From Eledone cirrhosa (taxonomy: Eukaryota), in contig OZ024747.1 of assembly GCA_964016885.1 (NCBI GenBank), positions 44,330,001-44,394,000 on the forward strand: 64,000 nt of DNA, read 5' to 3'. Shown here one piece after another: positions 55,752 to 64,000 of this stretch. Numbering within the stretch: the stretch's first letter is position 1; the number at the start of each line of letters is the position of its first letter. The notes below the pieces were generated by a model, which had not been told where the DNA came from, did not search any database, and saw nothing but the letters and a program-made list of their open reading frames with translations. The translations under genes were made by a program, and so were the position numbers.

Positions 55752-56065
55752 CGGGGGGGTGTGCAACATATGGCCTGCGGGCCACAATCTGGCCCACCAG
55801 ACCAGTCAGAGTGGCCCACAATGACAGTTTTTACCTTGTAGGCTTATTTAGAATGTTTTTCATAACCATAATAACATTTTCTGTTAGTTGCCCTATACTA
55901 AAGGGCTTCATTGAGAGGGTTATGTGTCTTATAATTTCCCAGTTCCATGTTATGGAAAGAAGTTGTGGTGAATGTTTGGAATAGTGCTTAATAAATATTA
56001 ATGGCCCTAATAGTTGTTCCAATGTTCAAAAGTGGCCCACCAATGGAATATGTTGCACACTCTTG
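55752..56065. mobile_element. hAT (Charlie/Buster-like) non-autonomous DNA transposon
   Basis: TIRs cggggg(gg)tgtgcaacata / tatgttgcacactcttg; 8-bp TSD ctttaaac at 55744-55751 and 56066-56073; subterminal ggccc repeats. Confidence 0.85.
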
Positions 56066-57402
56066 CTTTAAACTCATGATGGCAATGTTTTACAGCCAGA
56101 TGCCTCACAGAGATTATTTATTATAGATATATGATTTAGTGGTCAAGTGCTGGGGTTGATTTAATCAACTTTGCTGTTACCCCAAATTTGCTGGCCTTGT
56201 GCCTAATTTATAAATCCATGTTTTTCCTGACTATCCTATTAGAGTTTAAAGATACAGAGAGTAATAGATAACTGAGAAGACATAGATTAGTTGTCACAAT
56301 ATTTTCTTTTAGAATCAATTGCATGTAACAAAGAATTATAAGAAGAACTAGCAGCAAAGGTCAAAAGAATGTTGATCTTTTTTTTACTGTGTAGAAAACA
56401 GTTCAATGCAAATACTTCTCTCTAAATATATTCTGTATTAGAAGAGTCATATGGATGACAACACTGAATAGTTAGAATATTTGACTGGTGGCCATAAGTC
56501 TAACTGCCATCTCAAGTACACTTAATTGTTTCAGTTTACGAAGCTGGTAAACAAGTAAAATCCTCACTATATGGTAGAAGAAACTGACATTTGAAAAAAG
56601 CCTGCGGCTGTATAATATTAGCTTTAACAATTCAGGAAAATGTTTAGGTTTATGGAACCATATGGTAATATGCTTGAATTATTGAAGGAAATGTTTTATA
56701 GTGAGGGTGTTCTCCCTAACAACACTCAATCAATCATAAAGAGTAAGAACTATATATTTCAAGCAGATCAAGTGAGGGTTATACAATGCCCATTACAGGG
56801 TTTAAAGTTCAGCAACTTGGAATCAATAGACCATCATGCTAACCATTCAGCTGCTATATGACATTATAAAAGGTAAAAAGCGGACACATTCAGGAAGGTG
56901 AGGATAAAAAGAATGAAATGATAGTAGACTATTCCATTCAACTAATAGAGATGCTCTTTAAATAATCAGTTCTGGAGTAAGAGAGGGAAATGCAGAATGC
57001 AAGTGCTATTGGAAATGAAGCAGTAGAAGAGAGCTACTTTTATTAAGAAAGAAAGCTCAACAGCTACAATCAATTTAGATATGATGTGTGCAACATGAAA
57101 TGAAATTGTTCCTGATATGCTGTCAAAGATATCTTCTATTGGCAGACAGCCTAGATATCATATTGAAGATAATAGGGTCAGTAGGCCATTACTTGTAACT
57201 GTTGACTAAGTGGCATAGTGCAGCCAACAATGTTTAGTACCACAATAACATTGTTCAAAAACAATATTGGCATTGAATATTTCTCACTAACTATAATATT
57301 CACAACACTAAAGATTTGAAAAATTATTTTTTGTTGGTTTCAGTTAATATATACACACACATATATATATATACACACACACACATATATATATACACAC
57401 AC

Positions 57403-57433
<31 letters not shown>

Positions 57434-58524
57434 TATATGTATGTATATATATATTTATATATATAGGTATATATGTAGTATAGATACACACACATAAATC
57501 GATATTGATAATTAAGTTTTAATCTAAATGACACCCAATGTCTTTTATATAAAAACACAATAAAGAAAAATATGTAAGCAGTAGCTTTTTTTTTTGTATC
57601 GAATTTATTTTCCATATCAATAAAATATTGGGCCTGCTATGTAGGGTTACATGATTAAAGTAAAATAATAGAATTAGCTCTTACCTAAGAATGAATCCCA
57701 AGGAAACACGTATTCATGCCATAGCTAATAGCATTAGTAAAATAAACGTGAGAGGAAAATAATTCTTTCTCCTAAATATTTCACCTATGATCTGTAGAGG
57801 GAGAATATTTGCTGGGAAATAATAAAGAAACCGAAACCAAGTTAGTATATGGCAGGAAGGAATGCTAAGCAGCCAAATTTAGAGTTGTTAGGCTTTTAGA
57901 GGTGGTTAATGCTTTGTCAATAAGGTGAAGACATTTATAAGTGTGAAAGCACATCTTTAATCATCCAGCAAGGATCTAATTATGACTAGCTATAAATATA
58001 ATTACACTGTACATGACTGAAATAGAAGTGCAATTGTGATGCTCATCAAAACTAGAGCCAATGATAAAAGGGGTGTAATTGATGAATGTTTGATGAGTAC
58101 AGCCCACCTACAGGAATGAGTAAAAGTGTAACGTAAGCTTTTATTTTACATGATCTGACTCATTTTCAAGAATGAGGAATGTGAATTAATGGAGATCTCA
58201 CAGAGAATAGAAGCAGATAAATTAATGATCACTGATTTACATTTCATTCAAACACACTAGCAAACATACTAAGTAGTAGTAGTAGTAGCAGTAGCAGTAG
58301 AAGTAGTAGCCACAGCAGCAGCTCTGATTCATGACACCTATAATCAAAGACAATCCTGCCATGACCATTCCATCCTTTACAAGACATATATGCCTCTTTT
58401 TATATGACAGTAAAGTGGGATTGCAGGAAAATTTGGCTGCTATTTCTAACAATTCAAGTGACTGCACAGATTTTAGAAGGATGTGGTATTTATGGAACAG
58501 GTAATTAAAACTGAAACAGAAACA

Positions 58525-58915
58525 AATAATTGTTTCTACATTTGGCACAAGGCCAGCAATTACCCAGTACATTACTGGTACTTAATTTTATCGACCCCGC
58601 AAGGATGAAAGGCAAATTTGACCTTGGTGGGATTTGAACTCAGAATGGAAAGGGCCGTAAATCTATGCGTCAAAGCATGACGTCCGACCTTCTACTGATA
58701 CTGCCTGGCGTCTAATTTTGGTACCAATGCCAGCAATCTTTTGGGGAGGAAGGAAAGTAGATTGAATTAATCTTGATTCTTAACTAGTACTTTATTTTAT
58801 CCACCCCAGAAAAATGAATGGCAAAGTTGACTTTAGCAGGATTTGAACTCAGAAAGTAAAGAATTATAACAAACATCTGTCTGACACTCTATTGACTCTG
58901 CCAATCCATCAGCTT
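58525..58915 (-). mobile_element. Two tandem Meta-type SINEs (one well preserved, one diverged)
   Basis: Family motifs at ~58525-58710 and ~58712-58915. Confidence 0.75.
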
Positions 58916-59254
58916 CAAAAACATAGGGATGAGAAGACTCTTCAGTCACAACACAATAACTTCTCAAGTGTTGGTGCTGGGCCTCCGGCCATTAGAAACC
59001 ATGCCCAAAAGGGTTCAAAGGACCCTTCAGTCATGACACAACAACGTCTCTAGTGCTAGTGCCAGACAAAATGTTTCTTGTAATCCCTGTAAAGAGTAGC
59101 TGATGATGGGAAGGGTATCCAGCAATAGAAACCATGGCAATTTCCCTACTGTTGGCTACCAGTCTGGGAGGTCAGTAGCTCTGACTTGGTATGTAACAAC
59201 CCATCAAATCCTTGCTAGTAGGGAAATCAAACATTAAATGATACATACATACAT

Positions 59255-60035
59255 GAGGAGTGCAGCGTCTTCACAGACAATTGCCATTTCATTGATTCTT
59301 TGTTATCATCCCATCTGCGTCCATGACTTCATAGATGGCTTTGTAGGCCAGCTGTAGATCTGCATGGTTTACGACACAGGTGACAGAAGAGAGTTGTGCT
59401 TTCCACAGGACCGGTGGTGTCACCCTGTGGGACATAATCTCTATGTACCACCATGTGTCCTTTTAGTCCGGTACAAGTCCTACACAATTTGTTGCATATC
59501 ACGCATGTTGTTTCACCAGGTCTTTGTTGAGAGGTGTTGCGGGTGGTTATCCTTTCATGTAACTTCAGGTGAGTAAGATAACCAGCCTTTGAGAAGGGTA
59601 CACGCTGACAGAAATTGCATGTCCAACTACTGATGACTTCATCAAGACTGTGAGTACAGCCCTTCTGGAGCTGATGCTTCAGTTGTTTATGTTCTAGACG
59701 ACATTCCTCGAAAGCTTTGCAACTGCCCTTTATGCGCTTTCCCCACACAGCCCTATTTAGAGCTATCCCTCCCTGTTGTCTATATCAAATGCCAGCTCTT
59801 TGAGATTGTTCTTGATGCTGTCCCTGGACCTCATTTTCAGTTTATGTTGAGGTCTTTTTCTAAGATGGAGCTCACCATAAAACAGTTGCTTTGGGATCCT
59901 GCTTTCTTTCATACGGACGATATGTCCTGTCCAGCACATTTGAGATGTTACTTAGGACTCAACACCTGGACATTCTGTTTTGATAAGGATATGGATGTCA
60001 GGAGTTCTGTCTTGGCACTTGATGTTGAATATATG
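59255..60035 (-). pseudogene. Decayed RTE (BovB-like) LINE ORF C-terminus with three C2H2-type zinc fingers
   Basis: Upstream frame AGHIVRMKESRIPKQLFYGELHLRKRPQHKLKMR; ORF 59329..59748 has CNFC..HLKLH, CVIC..HMVVH and CHLC..HL; frameshift between the two parts. Confidence 0.8.
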
Positions 60036-60850
60036 CCTTAAACATTATTTATTTTCCTTGAGAATATATATATATATTAAAGAGAATGAGACAGTCCCAT
60101 ACACAAATATGCATACATTCACACACATACAATGTGTAACACTATTCAAAGAATTGTTATATCTACACATTCTAAGAATATATTCAAATATTTGAATTTG
60201 CATAAACATATATGCTATTAACACAATGAATCTAAAATAATGTTCGTTAAAGCAACAGCCCTATCATTTGTTGTATCATATCCTACCACATGTAGTTCAC
60301 TGATATATATTGAGAGGTGAAACTGTGTCCATATCAACTGTAATATTAATATATGTTGTGGCTGTTGTAATTGGAGGAAATCATTTTAATTAGATTTCTT
60401 TGCCAATGTAGAAATCATTATCATCATCATCATAATCATCGTCATCATCATCATCATCAGTACTTTCACAAGTTCTCCCATACCTACTCTATCCTAACTT
60501 CCTTCATTCCTCAATTCAACTATTATTTCTTTTATGATTTGCCCCCCCAAGTTCATTCTCAAGGAAAATAAATAATGAATGCCTAATTGCAAGAGAACAG
60601 AATTCCTCAGATAATAATATTTTATATTCAAAATGATTAATTATGAATGGACATGCTTTGAGGCAATGAAATATATCACTGACCACTCAGTAAAATCACA
60701 AAAGTAAAGTTTAGAGAAGCAGCTTTGAAAATGACATACATTTCACAAAATTAACCACTTAATTACTATATTTCTGATGAAAGATACTGCTTGTAATTTT
60801 CAAATCATTTTGATGGTAATCAAAAATTTTGAGGGTCTTAGTAATATAAT

Positions 60851-61084
60851 TGTTTCTACTTTTGGCACAAGGCCAGCAATTACCCAGTACATTACTGGTA
60901 CTTTATTTTATTGACACCGTAAGGATGAAAGGCAAAGTTAACCTCAGCGGGATTTGAACTCAGTTCATAAAGGGTCTTAGTAATATAATCGTTTCTACTT
61001 TTGGCACAAGGCCAGCAATTACCCAGTGCATTACTGGTACTTTATTTTATCGACCCCGTAAGGATGAAAGGCAAAGTTAACCTT
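60851..61084 (-). mobile_element. Two Meta-type SINE fragments at one site inside a piggyBac-like MITE (~60750-61210)
   Basis: agggtcttagtaatataat at 60832-60850 and 60971-60989; gtaatataat at 61085-61094. Confidence 0.85.
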
Positions 61085-62589
61085 GTAATATAATAAACTT
61101 AACAAAGATTCATACATAAAATTCATAATGGCATTTTCTTTTTTTTAGAAAAATTATAAATATTCTGAAATAAAGGACTTTGTAATGTAGAACCAAAGTT
61201 AGTTTCAGTCAGTTCGGTATGAGAAGTGTTAATAAGGTTCTAGTTTGATGGAATATTAAATCTATTGATGCTGCTATTGCTGAGAATGCCATAGACAAGA
61301 ACAGGCGAAAGACAAAAGATGGTTAGTAAGTACTGAGAACAAAACACCTCTTACATTGTGGATTACTTATTAGAGAGGAGCAGGAGATAAAGAAGAAGAG
61401 GAGGATTGGAAATACCAAGTGTAGGGGCTCTTTGTACGTTTCTCAGTAATATTTAGGGTTTGTATCATAGGAAAAGGTTGGAAACCACTGAACTGTATCA
61501 AGTGTCTATGGAAGAAATTATATGACTAACAGTTGTTTCTGAACCCTCTCTCTCTCTCTTCTCTCCCCCTTACATACATATACTATCTAACCCATGCTAG
61601 CGTGGAAGATGGACGTTAAACAAAGATGATGATGATGATGATCTAGAATATAAACAGTAGATTTATTGATTATCACAGAATATAATCTAAAATTCCCTCT
61701 CATTTTCTAGTTTTTAAGGTGTTTTTCCTTAAAAGTTTATTTGGTAATTTACTTTTATTTTGTTCCCCCCACCCCATATATTTATTTTCTTTTTGTCTTC
61801 CTATATTTCAGAAAATTAATTAAACCCTGTTCAATTTCAGAGCTTAATCTGATGTCAGCAGCTTTTCACTACCCCCCCCTCTCTCTCTCTTTTATACAAA
61901 CTCACACATACACACGTACACACATACTCACACATATATTCACTAACACTCACCCACATACTCATTCATACATTTACTCGCACAGATTCACTCGCACTCA
62001 CCTACATACTCACTCACACACACACACATACACACTATTCAACTTATTTTTATTACTATGATAAGTAACATTTAACTTTAGTAAGACATTCTTGAAAATT
62101 ACAAAATAACACTATGACTGCATCAAATTAACTATCGAAGTCTTTAATAAGTCCACTAGTAAAGAAAGTATAAATATTAGAATTATCAAATCTGCTTTTA
62201 TTTTTTGTTAATTTTTTAATTGATATTTTCTGTTAAGCCTACAACTATTCTCTGCAGTCCTATATCTAATTACTGATTTCATAATTGGTAGAATCATGGC
62301 TAAAATTTTAATATATTTATTTCATAAATAGGATTTGATGATTTTGGTCAAAGTTTCTGAAATAATTTCTTCAAATATAGTCCAAAGAAATATGATTTTG
62401 TCACCACTGCCAAAAAAAAAAAAAAAAAAAAAAAAAGTGATTACGATTGAAAAAAAAAATGTTGTAATAGCAGAGATATACACACGGTGGTGTCCGAGCA
62501 TGCTCCATGGGATGGAAAAGGTAAAATAGTAAAAGTGTAAAATGAACATATTCATAAAACAGTAAATAAATGAATAATAATAATAATAA

Positions 62590-62778
62590 TTGTTTCTACT
62601 TTTGGCACAAGGCCAGCAATTACCCAGTGCATTACTGGTACTTTATTTTATCAACCCCGTAAGGATGAAAGGCAAAGTTAACCTCGGCGGGATTTGAACT
62701 CAGAATGACAAGGGCCGAAACTCTATGCGTCATAGCATGGCGTTCGACCCTCTACCAATACTGCCAATTCACCACCCT
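62590..62778 (-). mobile_element. Full-length Meta-type tRNA SINE within (AAT)n
   Basis: Minus strand: A-box tggcagtattgg, B-box gagttcaaatccc, gcctttcatccttacggggttgataaaataaagtaccag. Confidence 0.85.
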
Positions 62779-62811
<33 letters not shown>

Positions 62812-63296
62812 TTTAATTCAGGCACAAAGCCAGCAATTTCTGGAAGGAGGGATATGTTATATTGACCTATAAATTTGATTCTGACAATTCTTCTCATTTT
62901 TAATCAATAGAAAGTCTTAGGTAAGCATCATTATTGCTGTTTAGTGTCTATTTCCATTGATTGCACAGGTTAGACAGGTTGTCATGTATTGCGGTTAGAC
63001 TGACCATATGCTTCCATCTTGCTTGTATGTTCTATTAAGAGCTTCATTTCTATGACTGGATGCTCTTCCTAATACCAACCACTTTACAGCGTGTACTGGG
63101 AGCATTGTACCATGGCTTCAGAACTACCTCCTTACAGGGTGTACTGGGTGCTTTTTGTCATGGTGTACCAGCCCTACCACAATACAGGGAAGACTGGATG
63201 CTTTTTGTCATTATACCAGTACTGTCACTTTACAGAGTGAACTGGAAGCATTTTATCACAACTCTGACACTACCACCTTACAGGGCAAAATATAAT

Positions 63297-63700
63297 AATT
63301 GTTTCTACTTTTGGCACAAGGCCAGCAATTACCCAGTGCATTACTGGTACTTTAGTTTATTGACCCCATAAGGATGAAAGGTAAAGTTAACCTCGACGGG
63401 ATTTGAACTCAGACCGTAAAGGGACGTAACTATGCTAGAAAGTATGGTGTCCAACCCTCTACAGATACTGCCAATTCACCTTATAATAATTGTTTCTACT
63501 TTAGACATAAGGCCAACAATTTGGTAGGAGGGAGAAAATTGATTACATCAACCCAAGTACATGACTGGTACTTTATTTTATTAACCCTGGAAGGATGAAA
63601 GGTAAAGTTGACCTCAGCAGGATTTTAACCCAAAACATAAAGAGCCAGAACAAATACCATGTAACATTTCTTCCAAATTCTAATGACTAACAATCCACCA
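63297..63700 (-). mobile_element. Two tandem Meta-type SINEs
   Basis: Family motifs at ~63297-63480 and ~63490-63700. Confidence 0.8.
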
Positions 63701-64000
63701 AGAAGTTTTAATAGAACCATATACTGTGATGTATCTGATAGTTTTAACAGCAGGAGTTTATAACAATAGCCACAAAAGTGTTGGAAATTTATTAACTACC
63801 AAATTTAATCATTTTATACTCAAATATTATTAATTCTAATTATTAAAAAACAAATATGTTCTATCTCTTTGCTGATGTAATTTCTTCTCATTGGAAGACA
63901 TGTTTATAAGATTACCAAATGCGTAACTCCAGAAATAAGGACTACAATGGAATGGAAAACAACATTTCCAAAACTATATACCTTAAAAGTTTCAGAAAAA

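Noticed and set aside
59329-59748. Host C2H2 zinc-finger gene
   Set aside because: Contiguous with frameshifted RTE sequence and lacks TGEKP linkers

Overview
AT-rich, microsatellite-laden eukaryotic non-coding DNA. The repeat content (tRNA-headed CORE-type and Meta-type SINEs, (TA)n/(CA)n/(ATC)n tracts) most resembles an octopod cephalopod genome; this is inference. I find no intact host protein-coding gene. The long Y/I/C/V ORFs are microsatellite translations, and the recognisable peptides are decayed retrotransposon C-termini (RTE, Tx1/L1, CRE-like). Main structures: (1) bases 1-16836 form one palindrome with ~8.4 kb arms and an apex near 8424; arm differences look like sequencing error, so a fold-back artefact is likely. 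(2) Several smaller fold-back duplications occur, including a diverged ~190 bp-arm RTE hairpin. (3) There are four minimal type-I hammerhead-ribozyme-like loci of the kind known from Penelope-like elements; the best (36002-36068) has a complete core and lies in an inverted repeat. (4) An RTE insertion is 5'-inverted (twin-priming type) with an exact 12-bp TSD. (5) A 71-bp minisatellite is built from a piggyBac-like MITE end. All calls were made by eye, and the boundaries of decayed repeats are approximate.
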